Source: a virus (taxonomy: Duplodnaviria > Caudoviricetes). Taken from it: DNA of 64,000 nt. Within the stretch, counting starts at the first letter, position 1, and each line of letters begins with the position of its first letter. Under the pieces are notes generated by a model. That model made no database searches, was not told the DNA's origin, and saw only the letters and a program-made list of their open reading frames with translations. Positions 38,779-49,247 of this stretch are shown one piece after another. A program made the position numbers and the translations under genes. The stretch spans positions 1-64,000 of the IMG/VR virus record IMGVR_UViG_3300010163_000019; one strand, 5' to 3'.

Positions 38779-39165
38779 ATGATTAATTTAAATGATTTAA
38801 CTGTTGAGGATTTAAAAGATATTGAAGAATTACAGAAATTTAGAAAAGAGTCTCAAAGATTATATAATATTGTTGTTAATAATCAGAAAGTGCCATTGAT
38901 TCTTGATGATAAGAATAGATATAAATTATGGGATGATACAAACAATGCTGAGTATCTTGCACTCATTGATGGTGAATGGATATGGCAAGCAAGATATTTA
39001 CATCAAAAGTATGATGTTCCAATTAATGTAGAAAAAATATATAAGACTATGGTAAATGCCTATGAAATGGAAAAGGATATAACGAAGGGGGGGTTTGCTA
39101 ATGGCAATAAGGAAGCAATAGGCTATTTTACGGCTTATGTAAACAAATTGATAACCAAGCAATGA
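38779..39165 (+). CDS. hypothetical protein between sites 38737 and 39162
   Basis: Ends CAA TGA inside the site. Confidence 0.8.
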   Translation: MINLNDLTVEDLKDIEELQKFRKESQRLYNIVVNNQKVPLILDDKNRYKLWDDTNNAEYLALIDGEWIWQARYLHQKYDVPINVEKIYKTMVNAYEMEKDITKGGFANGNKEAIGYFTAYVNKLITKQ

Positions 39166-39201
39166 ATCGAAGGTTTTATATAATAAATTTGGAAGTTTGG
39201 T

Positions 39202-39378
39202 ATGACAAAGTTAATAGACAGCATGTTTGATATAAATTGTAATACTTGTATCTGCAACAAATGTAGGCATAACACTAAATATGGATTTAATCAATGTTTT
39301 AATTGTCGTGATTGTTATGAAGGAAATAATCATTGTGAAGAATGTTCTATGTTTGAAGAAGGAGTGGATGAAGAGTGA
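39202..39378 (+). CDS. small Cys-rich protein, 58 aa
   Basis: CNTCICNKC..CFNCRDC..CEEC. Confidence 0.6.
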   Translation: MTKLIDSMFDINCNTCICNKCRHNTKYGFNQCFNCRDCYEGNNHCEECSMFEEGVDEE

Positions 39379-39527
39379 CAGATAATGAAAGAGAACTAAT
39401 TGGCATAATTGAAACATTATGTGATACAGTTAGTGATTCTCCTTGTGGTTGTGATGCTTGCCCCTATGTTGATACAAAAACTGATGGACAATGCGAAGTA
39501 TATAATGTTGTTGAAAAATGTAAATAA
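39375..39527 (+). CDS. small Cys-rich protein, 50 aa
   Basis: GTG overlapping previous TGA; stop inside site 39524. Confidence 0.55.
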   Translation: MTDNERELIGIIETLCDTVSDSPCGCDACPYVDTKTDGQCEVYNVVEKCK

Positions 39528-39560
39528 AAGAAACATTTTAATTGGAAAGAAGGTGAATTT

Positions 39561-39932
39561 GTGTATCAAAATTGTTGTAAGAAATGTGGAAGTATATCTT
39601 TACATATAGAAATAAAAGGCAATAATACTGGTCTATATTGTGATGATTGTGGAACTTGGGTAAAGTGGTTATCGAAAAATGAATTAAGAGTATTTGAACA
39701 CAAGAAAAAAGAGGAAAGTAATAATGTATCTCCCAATAGTGAAGATATGATATTAAGATTTAAAAAATTTGTTGAGTTTCTTGATAAGACAATTGATGCA
39801 GAATATAGTAAATTACCATTGTCCACAGAGGATGCAATTAGAAAGAATTCGTATTGTCTAGCTTTAGAACGCGATAAGAGAGCAATCCAAAATATCTTGA
39901 ATGGACATGAGTTTAATTATATAGGAGAGTGA
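39561..39932 (+). CDS. zinc-finger hypothetical protein
   Basis: CKKCGS..GLYCDDCG.W+KW. Confidence 0.75.
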   Translation: MYQNCCKKCGSISLHIEIKGNNTGLYCDDCGTWVKWLSKNELRVFEHKKKEESNNVSPNSEDMILRFKKFVEFLDKTIDAEYSKLPLSTEDAIRKNSYCLALERDKRAIQNILNGHEFNYIGE

Positions 39933-40044
39933 GTAAGCATTCTGATGCATTTAATAACAAGCAGAGTGTTTATTAACACAAAATAAATCCTTTAAGTAGT
40001 GAATAGAATCCCACGTTTCAATGAAAAGGAAGGAGAAATATATT

Positions 40045-40509
40045 ATGGGATATAAATATATTGATGACAAAATTGAACCATATTTAGATATCTTAATTGA
40101 TTGTGTGAAATTAAATGGTGAAGCAATAGAGGAACAAATTAAGAGGATTACAAGTGATACAGATACAATGGGAGAGTGTTTGGAAGATAATTTTCTTGCC
40201 TTCAAATTACATTCCAAAAAGGTTAGAGATGAGTATGAAAAAGCAGTTACAGAAGAACTACAGAAATCAGAAAAGGTATGGGAGAAATGTGATAATTTAA
40301 TACACGAGTCTAAACCTAAAATTGAAAGAGTAAAAGATGATATGCAAGAATTATTAGACATGATTTCTGAAGTGGATAAATCATTGGATTCTATGCCAGT
40401 TTATAAGGCAGAGAAATTTATTGAGCTTATTGAAAAGTTTAATAATATGCCATCAGTGGAGAAGAAATTATTTACAAAATTATTAGAAGTAAGTAATGAT
40501 ATGGTTTAA
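40045..40509 (+). CDS. coiled-coil hypothetical protein
   Basis: RBS AAGGAG after site 40004. Confidence 0.75.
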   Translation: MGYKYIDDKIEPYLDILIDCVKLNGEAIEEQIKRITSDTDTMGECLEDNFLAFKLHSKKVRDEYEKAVTEELQKSEKVWEKCDNLIHESKPKIERVKDDMQELLDMISEVDKSLDSMPVYKAEKFIELIEKFNNMPSVEKKLFTKLLEVSNDMV

Positions 40510-40544
40510 AATCTGCGATTCCTGTGGTGAAAGGTGAAAAGTAT

Positions 40545-40712
40545 ATGGTAGAAACTATTAGTGAAAATGATGAGAAGAGATTCAAAGAAAAAGTAGAAAA
40601 CTTTCTTTTACAAGGATATAAAATTTCTTCAACAAATTGCGGTTATTCTGGTGAAATTGGCAGTAATGTATATAATTGTGAATACTGGATGGCGATTTTG
40701 ATTAAGGAGTAA
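40545..40712 (+). CDS. small hypothetical protein
   Basis: RBS AAGGTG. Confidence 0.6.
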   Translation: MVETISENDEKRFKEKVENFLLQGYKISSTNCGYSGEIGSNVYNCEYWMAILIKE

Positions 40713-40715
40713 GAA

Positions 40716-41192
40716 ATGAAAATATGTGTTACTGGTCATAGACCAAATAAGATGTATGGTTATGACATTTATAATAAACAATGGACGGAATTAAAAAATA
40801 AATTCAAAGAATTACTTGTAGAAAACAATTGTGGTGAAGCAATTACTGGCATGGCATTAGGGGTAGATACAGTATTTGCATTAGCTGTTTTAGAATTAAG
40901 AGAAGAAGGATATGATATAAAACTACATTGTGCAATCCCATGTAAAAATCATTCGTGTAAGTGGATTAAGGAAAGTGTTGATTTGTACAATGATATTTTA
41001 TCCAAAGCAGATATGGTGAAATTTGTGTCAGATGAAGAATACAAACCTTGGTTGATGCAAAAGAGAAATGAATATATGGTTGATTTAGCAGATAAGGTTA
41101 TTGCTGTTTGGGATGGTTTTAATGGTGGTACTGGTAATTGTGTAAGATATGCTGAGAAATGTGGTAAAGAAATTATTAGGATTGTGCCATAA
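40716..41192 (+). CDS. SLOG-superfamily YspA/DUF1273-like protein
   Basis: ICVTGHRP..ITGMALGVD..RNEYMVD..IAVWDG..GGT. Confidence 0.85.
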   Translation: MKICVTGHRPNKMYGYDIYNKQWTELKNKFKELLVENNCGEAITGMALGVDTVFALAVLELREEGYDIKLHCAIPCKNHSCKWIKESVDLYNDILSKADMVKFVSDEEYKPWLMQKRNEYMVDLADKVIAVWDGFNGGTGNCVRYAEKCGKEIIRIVP

Positions 41193-41215
41193 ATTTTAAT
41201 ATATAGGGAGATTTT

Positions 41216-41515
41216 ATGAAAAAGAAAGACTTAAAATCTGGAATGATTGTTATGACCAATAACGGATTTTTCTATTTGGTGTTACGTGATACGGGTATGG
41301 ATATTTCTGAATACAAAGACAAAGATGTCTTTCTTGGAGTTAGTGCAAGCGGAAATATTATATCAGGGTGGATGAGATTATCAGATTATAGTGATGAATT
41401 AGAAAATAAAGATAATGATTATACTATTGCAGAAGTATTTGTTGTAAATCGTGCAGCTAATATTGGAAAAATAAAACACTATAAAAGCATATGGAAAAGA
41501 GAATTGAATAGATAA
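41216..41515 (+). CDS. hypothetical protein
   Basis: MKKKDLKSGMIV; stop inside site 41512. Confidence 0.75.
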   Translation: MKKKDLKSGMIVMTNNGFFYLVLRDTGMDISEYKDKDVFLGVSASGNIISGWMRLSDYSDELENKDNDYTIAEVFVVNRAANIGKIKHYKSIWKRELNR

Positions 41516-41549
41516 ATCTTGTATTTCAAAAGGAGAAAGGAAAGAGAAG

Positions 41550-41732
41550 ATGTTTAAATGGAAATTTGATGCAGTAATTTATAGAAAATCCAGTGGTGAA
41601 GTGTTATTTTCCAAAATGTGTGATACATATGAGGAGGCACAAAAGGTAATTGAAGAAAATATTAGTAACTATGCGGATAAAGACTATCCGCCAACAGGAC
41701 ATATCAATAAAGAATATGTACAAGTAGATTAA
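41550..41732 (+). CDS. small hypothetical protein
   Basis: RBS AAGGA. Confidence 0.65.
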   Translation: MFKWKFDAVIYRKSSGEVLFSKMCDTYEEAQKVIEENISNYADKDYPPTGHINKEYVQVD

Positions 41733-41746
41733 AGGAGAAGGATGAA

Positions 41747-42838
41747 ATGTCAAATAGAAAATTAGCACATGTTGAAAAAATAGAATGGATAAAACCGATT
41801 GAGGGGAAAGATAGAATAGCATTGGCAGGTGTGCTTGGTTGGACAGTAATAGTCCAGAAATCAGATTATGAAGTTGGTCAAAAATGCGTATTTTGTGAAA
41901 TTGATTCTGTGTTTCCAGAAAAGCCAGAATTTGAGTTTTTGAGAAGTAAGAAATTTAGGATCAAAACAATGAAAATGAGTGGTGTTTTGAGTCAAGGAAT
42001 TTGCTTCCCATTGTCTATATTGCCAGAAGGCAATTATGAAATTGGAGATGATGTGACAGACATCATAGGAATTACACAGTATGAGCCAACGATGGACAAA
42101 GAAGAATTATGTGATACAGAAAATGAAAAGAGTGTAAAAAAATATCCACAATTTCTTATGAGATGGGCATGGTTTAGAAAACTTGTTCTGCCAAAGAAAC
42201 AGTCAAAAGGTTTTCCAAGTTTTATCAGTAAAACTGATGAAACGAGAATTCAAAATGCACCATTTTATCTTGAAATGGAATGCAATTATGTGGCGACAGA
42301 AAAAGTAGATGGGCAGTCTGGTTCCTTTACATTGCAGCGAATTAAAGGAAAGCATTTCTGGAACAAAGATACTTATGATTTTGCCGTATGTTCAAGAAAT
42401 CTTAGGAAGTGGAAGAAAGACACATCTTCGTTTTGGAGCGTGGCAGAGAAATATAATATTGAGCAGATTCTACATCAACTTATTGGAGATAATGAGTGGG
42501 TTGCGATTCAGGGTGAGTGTATAGCATCAAATGTACAGGGAAATAAATATAAGGTTACTGAGCCAGATTTGTATGTATTCAATCTGATTTATCCAAGTGG
42601 AAGAGTTGGATCAGTCGAAGCAAAAAGGATTGTTGGTGAATATGGATTAAAGTTTGTGCCAATCATTGATGAATCAGTAAATCTTAAAGGTATGAGCGTA
42701 GCTGATGTATTAAAATATGCAACAGGTAAAAGTCAGTTATATGACACTTTAAGAGAGGGTATCGTATTTAGAAGTTTAGATGGTAAACAGTCATTTAAGG
42801 CGGTTAGTCCAGATTTTCTGATTAAACATGGGGAATAG
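41747..42838 (+). CDS. ATP-dependent RNA ligase (Rnl2/DRB0094-like)
   Basis: TEKVDG (motif I), QGE, YVFN, REGIV, SFKAVS. Confidence 0.85.
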   Translation: MSNRKLAHVEKIEWIKPIEGKDRIALAGVLGWTVIVQKSDYEVGQKCVFCEIDSVFPEKPEFEFLRSKKFRIKTMKMSGVLSQGICFPLSILPEGNYEIGDDVTDIIGITQYEPTMDKEELCDTENEKSVKKYPQFLMRWAWFRKLVLPKKQSKGFPSFISKTDETRIQNAPFYLEMECNYVATEKVDGQSGSFTLQRIKGKHFWNKDTYDFAVCSRNLRKWKKDTSSFWSVAEKYNIEQILHQLIGDNEWVAIQGECIASNVQGNKYKVTEPDLYVFNLIYPSGRVGSVEAKRIVGEYGLKFVPIIDESVNLKGMSVADVLKYATGKSQLYDTLREGIVFRSLDGKQSFKAVSPDFLIKHGE

Positions 42839-42883
42839 GTAATCAATAAATTCGAGATTTTAAGGTAGAAAAGAGGTGATATA

Positions 42884-43180
42884 ATAAGTAAATTTAAGAT
42901 TGTATCAGATGAATATTATTCAAATTGTCTAATAGAAGCAATAAGAGCAAAGATACATAATCCACAAATAAAGATATATTTTTGCAAACCTCGGATTGCT
43001 GAAAATGGTAGATTTCAGATGTTTCATTTTATGTGGAGTGATGGAATAGCAGATTATGATTTTTCTGATTTAAATGATGAAGAAACGCCTTGGTATAAAG
43101 ACTTTGTTTTTAAAGGACATTTGAGAAAATTTAAGAGAGGTTTTGCAGAAAGATATAGTACATATAGAAATAACTTGTGA
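42884..43180 (+). CDS. hypothetical protein with ATA start (not in ORF track)
   Basis: GAGGTG RBS; (M)SKFKIVSDEYYSNCLIEAIRAK..FHFMW, 98 aa. Confidence 0.65.
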   Translation: MSKFKIVSDEYYSNCLIEAIRAKIHNPQIKIYFCKPRIAENGRFQMFHFMWSDGIADYDFSDLNDEETPWYKDFVFKGHLRKFKRGFAERYSTYRNNL

Positions 43181-43305
43181 TAAAAGTCAATGTGTCAGAC
43201 CTTATTAAATTTGACACTTTATTGTTATAGATATTCTAAAATAAATAAAACAGAAAAGAAAAAGAATCAGAATATTATGAAGGGTATGATGATTAAAAAG
43301 AACAA

Positions 43306-43722
43306 ATGAAAGAGATTATAGACTTTAAGATAGAAATGAGGGATTTTATATTTTCGATGGGTGATGTTGGAAAAGCTTTAAAATTGATTTCTGAAAGAAT
43401 ATTGAATACAAATTATGATGATTATTGTGAAAATGAAACATGTAAACCATATGGATGTTTAGAGTGTAAGAACTTTGGACGACAGGAGGGATATAATCAA
43501 CAAAGAGGAAGTTTTATTTTTCAACACTTTAAATGTAAAAAGCAAACAGATAGAGATATGTATAATCATGACAATACATACAACATATTTGATATAGAAT
43601 CTGATTGTAGTCCATACTTTCATTATGATAATGCAAAAGGAGAGTGCCCATATTTTGAGTGTAGTGAAAATGATTTGGTTTATATGTCCGAAAAAGAGAA
43701 AAGGAAGTGTATAGGGCGATAA
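43306..43722 (+). CDS. hypothetical Cys-rich protein
   Basis: Stop inside site 43719. Confidence 0.75.
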   Translation: MKEIIDFKIEMRDFIFSMGDVGKALKLISERILNTNYDDYCENETCKPYGCLECKNFGRQEGYNQQRGSFIFQHFKCKKQTDRDMYNHDNTYNIFDIESDCSPYFHYDNAKGECPYFECSENDLVYMSEKEKRKCIGR

Positions 43723-43756
43723 ATAATCTGTTTTGTTGTTAAAATTAAAAATAATA

Positions 43757-43803
43757 CAGAAAGGACAAAGGTGCTGCAGCCGTAAGAGAATTCTGCCTTT
43801 CTG
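43757..43803 (+). promoter_or_regulatory. double-palindrome leader element, copy 1
   Basis: CAGAAAGG..GCTGCAGC..AGAATTCT..CCTTTCTG. Confidence 0.65.
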
Positions 43804-43814
43804 GGTGAAGAAAA

Positions 43815-44571
43815 ATATTCGAGAATAGTAATTATGAATTATGGCAAGGTGATTGTCTGAAATTGATGGACAATATCCCTGACAAATCAGTAGATGCAAT
43901 TATAACTGACCTACCTTATGGGTCTACACGATGTCGTTGGGATAGCATCATTCCCTTTGAACCACTATGGAAACAGTTTAACAGAATTATAAGAGATAAT
44001 GGCGCGATAGTGTTATTTGGAACAGAACCATTTTCAAGTCATTTAAGGTTAAGCAATCTGAAAAATTATAAGTATGACTGGATATGGGATTAAAGTAAAA
44101 GGAACAGGATTTTTAAACGCTAAAAAACAACCAATGAGAAATCATGAGTTGATTAGTGTTTTTTACAAGAAACAATGTACATATAATCCTCAAAAAACAT
44201 ATGGACACAAGATGAAAAAATCTTATCGAAGTAAAGATTTGCAGACGGAAGTGTATGGTGAAATGAAAAATGACTATACATATGAGTCTACAGAGCGTTA
44301 TCCAAGAAGTATTCAAGTGTTTTCTACAGATACTCAAAATTCATCGTTGCATCCAACACAGAAACCAGTAGCTTTAATTGAATATTTGATTAAAACTTAT
44401 ACGAATGAAGGAGAAATAATACTTGATTCCTGTGCTGGTTCTGGAACGACTGGTGTTGCATGTTTAAATACCAATAGAAAATGTATTTTGATTGAAAAGG
44501 ATATAGATATATTCAATGTATCAAGAAATAGAATAGAAGGTATTATAAGTGAAAGAAAAAATAATTCCTAA
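43815..44571 (+). pseudogene. N4C/N6A DNA methyltransferase split by a +1 frameshift
   Basis: GDCL..ITDLPYG; extra T at 44090-44091 (WD/KVKG); HPTQKP..ILDSCAGSGTT; probable ATA start. Confidence 0.85.
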
Positions 44572-45103
44572 AGGTACACAATTTGGTAGATTAACGGTAT
44601 TAGAAAAAACTGATAAGAGAAATAGATCGGGAAGAAAGCTATATAAATGTAAATGCTCTTGTGGAAACATTCATTATGTGTCTAATGATTGTTTAAGAAG
44701 TGGAAGATCAAAGTCGTGTGGATGTTTAAAGATTGAAACAGTAAGATCTCAAGGTTTTAAAAACAGAGAAGAAGCAATTATAAGATCATTATATAGTCAA
44801 ACGAAAAAGAGACACAGGAATCATAATGATCCAGAACCTCCAATTTCATATAAAGATTATTACAAATTAATACATATGCCATGTTTTTATTGTGGAGAAA
44901 AATATAGTAGTGAAGCAAAAGATGATAAAACAGATACTACAGTAAAATATAATGGGTTGGATAGAATTGATAGCTCAAAAGGATATTCTCAAAATAATGT
45001 TGTAACATGTTGTAAAAAATGTAATATTGCGAAATCAACTATGACTATTATTGAATTTAAGGAATGGATAAATAAGATATATTTTAAATTTGGCACTAGT
45101 TAA
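44549..45103 (+). CDS. HNH endonuclease (homing type)
   Basis: FGRLTV..CKCSCG..SKSCGC; CFYCG..GLDRIDS.KGY..NVV.CC..CN. Confidence 0.85.
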   Translation: MKEKIIPKGTQFGRLTVLEKTDKRNRSGRKLYKCKCSCGNIHYVSNDCLRSGRSKSCGCLKIETVRSQGFKNREEAIIRSLYSQTKKRHRNHNDPEPPISYKDYYKLIHMPCFYCGEKYSSEAKDDKTDTTVKYNGLDRIDSSKGYSQNNVVTCCKKCNIAKSTMTIIEFKEWINKIYFKFGTS

Positions 45104-45281
45104 TATGTGGAATTGCTGCAATTAACACAAACAGGAAAGTAATTTGCATAGAGAATGATAAAAAGATTTTTGATATTGGTAGAAATAGGATTATGGAACA
45201 TTTAAAAGAAAGAAACAGCATTTAGACGAGGAAAAGCCAATTTCAAAGAAAAAATTTAAATGAGAAAGGTGGTGAAAAGTA

Positions 45282-45638
45282 GTGCTGCATCCAAGTAAGT
45301 TTTTTGAATGGTGTGCGATCAGAACAGGAATTGATGTGTTTGAAAATTTTGATGATAGTCTAAAGAAAATGTTGATGAATATCCATCCTAGAAATTTTAT
45401 CAAATCCAAATTAGAACTTCCGGTTTATAAAGTATCTGTAGGATACGAGACAGAAAAAGGCAATTATAAAGAAGCCGAAAAATATATGATCCTAAATAAT
45501 AGTAATGAACAAGAATATGATGATATGTGGGCTGATATGTTTGCTAAAGATTACGAGTCAGAACATAAAACATCTATTAAAAATATACAAATATTAAATG
45601 TAGAATTTGTAGGAGATGCTGTGCTACAGATTGGTTAG
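45282..45638 (+). CDS. hypothetical protein
   Basis: RBS AGGTGG, 118 aa. Confidence 0.7.
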   Translation: MLHPSKFFEWCAIRTGIDVFENFDDSLKKMLMNIHPRNFIKSKLELPVYKVSVGYETEKGNYKEAEKYMILNNSNEQEYDDMWADMFAKDYESEHKTSIKNIQILNVEFVGDAVLQIG

Positions 45639-45788
45639 TCCATCACCCAAAGTATTTATAACCTTTAGCTAATAAAGGTTGTCACAAGATTGTTTATTGT
45701 GGCACGTTGATAATAAATAATCGAAAAAGTTATGTGGTAGTGACGTAAAAAGACACCCGCGAATACGAATATAATTCGTGAATAAAGT

Positions 45789-46862
45789 ATGGCTTTACCT
45801 CACGTAAACGTAGATCAATTACGTGAGGAAAGATACATATTGGGTGAAAAGACTTTAGTAGGGCTATTAGAAAACTGTCCTAAAAATCAAATTATTGGAG
45901 ATAATCTGGTAAGAGCATGGTCGAGGATAAATAGTGATAAATATGAAAAAATAGTATGTTCAATATCTGGCGGATCAGATAGTGATGTGATGTTAGATAT
46001 TTGTATAAAATGTGACAAGGATAACAAAATTGAATATGTTTGGTTTGATACTGGCTTAGAGTATCAGGCAACAAAAGAACATTTAAAATATCTTGAAAAG
46101 AAATATGGTATAGAAATCAAATCATATAAAGCGATAAAACCAATTCCAACAACTTGTAAACAGTATGGTCAACCATTTTTATCAAAACAGGTAAGCGAAT
46201 ATATAAAAAGACTTCAAAGTCATAATTTTAAATGGGAGGATAAATCGTTTGAGGAATTATATCAAGAGTATCCAAAATGTAAGGCTGCATTGCTATGGTG
46301 GTGTAATAAAAAAGAATGTAATTCTTTTAATATCCAATGGAATAAATGGTTAAAAGAATTTTTGATAGAAAATCCTCCAACATTTTCAATTTCAAGTGTC
46401 TGTTGCAAATATGCAAAGAAAGATGTGTCTCATAAACTATTAGATGAAAATAGATATGATTTGAATATTGTCGGTGTAAGAAAAGCAGAGGGAGGTGTCA
46501 GAGCAGGATCATATAAAAGTTGCTTTGATGAAAATGGTAAAAGTAAGTGTGGATCATATGATAACTATCGTCCTTTATTCTGGTATAAAAGATCTGATAA
46601 AGAAGATTATGAAAATCATTATGGGATTGTACATAGCAGATGTTATACAGAATATGGTCTTTCGCGTACTGGTTGCGCAGGTTGTCCATACGGCAGATAC
46701 TTTGAACGAGAGTTGGAAATTATAGAGAAGTATGAACCAAAGTTATTTGTAGCCGTAAACAATATTTTTAAAGATAGCTATGAGTACACAAGAAAGTACA
46801 AAGAATTTTGTAAGGATATGGATGAGAAAAGAGAAATAAGTAAGTGTATCCGAAAAATTTGA
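45789..46862 (+). CDS. PAPS-reductase-family (PP-loop) protein
   Basis: SISGGSDS, DTGLEY, CC, VGVRKAE, RTGCAGCP. Confidence 0.85.
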   Translation: MALPHVNVDQLREERYILGEKTLVGLLENCPKNQIIGDNLVRAWSRINSDKYEKIVCSISGGSDSDVMLDICIKCDKDNKIEYVWFDTGLEYQATKEHLKYLEKKYGIEIKSYKAIKPIPTTCKQYGQPFLSKQVSEYIKRLQSHNFKWEDKSFEELYQEYPKCKAALLWWCNKKECNSFNIQWNKWLKEFLIENPPTFSISSVCCKYAKKDVSHKLLDENRYDLNIVGVRKAEGGVRAGSYKSCFDENGKSKCGSYDNYRPLFWYKRSDKEDYENHYGIVHSRCYTEYGLSRTGCAGCPYGRYFERELEIIEKYEPKLFVAVNNIFKDSYEYTRKYKEFCKDMDEKREISKCIRKI

Positions 46863-46884
46863 TTCATGATGTAAGGAGGAACTT

Positions 46885-47010
46885 ATGGATATTAGAGAAA
46901 GATTAATTCAGGCATTAGATGATTTTGGTGTTGGAAATGAAATGTATGATGAAACTAATGAGTCTTTGGCAAATTATTTAATAGAGGTAATTGCTGAATT
47001 AAGTCAGTAA
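46885..47010 (+). CDS. small hypothetical protein, 41 aa
   Basis: RBS AGGAGG. Confidence 0.55.
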   Translation: MDIRERLIQALDDFGVGNEMYDETNESLANYLIEVIAELSQ

Positions 47011-47080
47011 TTAGATAATGTTCATTATCAAAAAGTAGAAGTAACAAATAAGCATATGCAAAAATTAAAATAATAAAAAC

Positions 47081-47126
47081 AGGAGGAAATGAGGTTTCTG
47101 CGCAGAATAAATCATGATTTACTCCT
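47081..47126 (+). promoter_or_regulatory. double-palindrome leader element, copy 2
   Basis: AGGAG..TTCTGCGCAGAA..AAATCATGATTT..CTCCT. Confidence 0.7.
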
Positions 47127-47134
47127 AATAAAGA

Positions 47135-48022
47135 ATGGAATATCAAAAGAAAATTAAGTGTGAACTGTATAGGGATTCTATGCAGAATTATAAGAAATAT
47201 GCAATTCATCCTGCTCAGTTAATCATAGCAGACGTTCCTTATAACGTAGGAAATAATTTTTATGGCTCAAATCCGATGTGGTACAACGGAGGAGATAACA
47301 AAAAAGGCGAAAGTAAATTAGCAGGTAAAGCAGCTTTCAACTCTGATTTCAATTTTAATCTGTATGAGTATTTTCATTTTTGTTCCAAGATGCTTAAAAA
47401 GGATGATACAAGACCAGTTCCAAGAGGCAGAAGTAGCGATTCGCCTTGTATGATAGTTTTTTGTTCATTTGAACAGATTCAGACACTTATTAAAGCTGCT
47501 GAAAAACATGGATTTATTCATTACATACCGCTTGTATTCTGTAAGAATTATAGTCCACAGGTGCTTAAAGCAAATATGCGTGTAGTAGGTGCAACAGAAT
47601 ATGCTTTGCTTTTATATCGTGATAAGTTACCTAAATTCAGAAATGGTCTTCAGATTGATGAGAATGGTAAGAATATTCCAGGCACAGGACATATGATTTT
47701 TAACTGGTTTGATGGTGGCAATGAAGACGAATGGGGAAAAACTTATTACAACAACGGTACATATATGATGTGGGAAAAGGATAAGTCAAAGGAAGTTCCT
47801 AAAATCCATCCAGCTCAGAAGCCAGTCGCGGTTTTGAAACGTTTGATTGAGATATTTACCGACCCTGGCGATGTGGTTATTGATCCGTGTGCCGGAAGTG
47901 GAGCTACGTTAAGAGCAGCTTATGAACTTGGTAGAAGTGCTTATGGGTTTGAAATTGACCGTAATTTCTATCAGAGAGCAAAAGATGAGATGTTGAACTT
48001 TGAAAAGGATAATGAAAATTGA
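47135..48022 (+). CDS. N4C/N6A DNA methyltransferase
   Basis: IADVPY, HPAQKP, VIDPCAGSG, YGFEID. Confidence 0.9.
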   Translation: MEYQKKIKCELYRDSMQNYKKYAIHPAQLIIADVPYNVGNNFYGSNPMWYNGGDNKKGESKLAGKAAFNSDFNFNLYEYFHFCSKMLKKDDTRPVPRGRSSDSPCMIVFCSFEQIQTLIKAAEKHGFIHYIPLVFCKNYSPQVLKANMRVVGATEYALLLYRDKLPKFRNGLQIDENGKNIPGTGHMIFNWFDGGNEDEWGKTYYNNGTYMMWEKDKSKEVPKIHPAQKPVAVLKRLIEIFTDPGDVVIDPCAGSGATLRAAYELGRSAYGFEIDRNFYQRAKDEMLNFEKDNEN

Positions 48023-48810
48023 AAGAAGAATTGATACAAGATAATGGAATCTACAATTATGATGCATCTGATTTTATTCATGCACTATATGAGGATTATG
48101 GAGATGAAAGTATAGACATGTTTCTTTGTGATTTTCCCTATACATTTAAAGGAAAGAACAGAGTGACAGCAAATAAATGGGATTTACCAATAGATGATAA
48201 AGAGTTTTTTGAAATTGCTATGAAAATGCTAACACCAGAGGGGTGTATAGCATTAACAGCAGGGCAACCATTTACAAGTTATTTAGTAATGAATCATCTT
48301 GACTGTTTTAAATATGAATGGATTTGGGAGAAAGATAATGGTAGCAATTTTTCAAGTGTGAATCATCAACCATTTAAGGTTCACGAATCTGTATTAATTT
48401 TTGGGAAAGCTCCAACTACATATAATAAAGCAGAAAGATATATGAAGTATAATCCGCAATTTACAGATGGAAAGCCTTATAAGATGAAGAGAAGTGGAAT
48501 GACTGAGAATTTGGCTACTTCATCTGGTTATGAAAGAACAAATGGAGAATATGAAGGTAAACGTTATCCAAGAAGTGTTGTCAAATTTAACTTGGAAAAG
48601 GGACTTCATCCTACACAAAAACCTACAAAATTATTTGAGTATCTCATTAAAACTTATACTAACGAAGGCGGGCGGGTTGTTGATGTGTGTTGTGGTAGTG
48701 GAACAACTGCTAAAGCGGCACAGAACACAGGAAGAGTTTATATTGTAAATGATAATAATTTGGATTATGTGAGAATCTCTGAAAAACGATTAGGTGTTAT
48801 TAATGGTTGA
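48019..48810 (+). CDS. N4C/N6A DNA methyltransferase
   Basis: CDFPY, HPTQKP, VDVCCGSGTT; stop inside site 48807. Confidence 0.9.
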   Translation: MKEELIQDNGIYNYDASDFIHALYEDYGDESIDMFLCDFPYTFKGKNRVTANKWDLPIDDKEFFEIAMKMLTPEGCIALTAGQPFTSYLVMNHLDCFKYEWIWEKDNGSNFSSVNHQPFKVHESVLIFGKAPTTYNKAERYMKYNPQFTDGKPYKMKRSGMTENLATSSGYERTNGEYEGKRYPRSVVKFNLEKGLHPTQKPTKLFEYLIKTYTNEGGRVVDVCCGSGTTAKAAQNTGRVYIVNDNNLDYVRISEKRLGVING

Positions 48811-48832
48811 ATCATCGGTTTTATTTAAATAT

Positions 48833-48862
48833 AAAAATGATGCCCCATCCTGCCAGGGCATT
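48833..48862 (-). terminator. intrinsic terminator of the minus-strand cassette
   Basis: Minus strand atgccct/ggggcat stem then cattttt. Confidence 0.65.
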
Positions 48863-48867
48863 GTCTG

Positions 48868-49014
48868 TTAAAAATTGCTTTGGTATAAGAACAGTAAAAC
48901 TATTCTTATTATTAAGTAGATAATGTTTAGTAATACACATATTGCCTTCAACTCCATATAAATTTTGTTGATTCTGTTTATGGTACTCTTCACAATTAAT
49001 TTAATTTCACGCAT
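48868..49014 (-). CDS. 48-aa peptide with hydrophobic C-terminal helix (not in ORF track)
   Basis: AGGAGG RBS; MREIKLIVKSTINRINKIYMELKAICVLLNIIYLIIRIVLLFLYQSNF. Confidence 0.7.
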   Translation of the reverse strand: MREIKLIVKSTINRINKIYMELKAICVLLNIIYLIIRIVLLFLYQSNF

Positions 49015-49247
49015 ATGCACATACCTCCTCAGATTTTATTCTGGGATGGCACATATAAGAAGGTATTCCGAAATCTCAACTTGCGACTTTTCTTCTCTTA
49101 TTGAGCAGGATATGTAGACAAATTCAATAAGATACATTCCCTAAGCTGGTTTTTTGGTAAAACATTTTTATGTACAACCAATACGCAAGATACATAAATA
49201 GTTCAATGCGTGAGTCAGATTACGGATTGCCTACAACCTTAGTTAAT

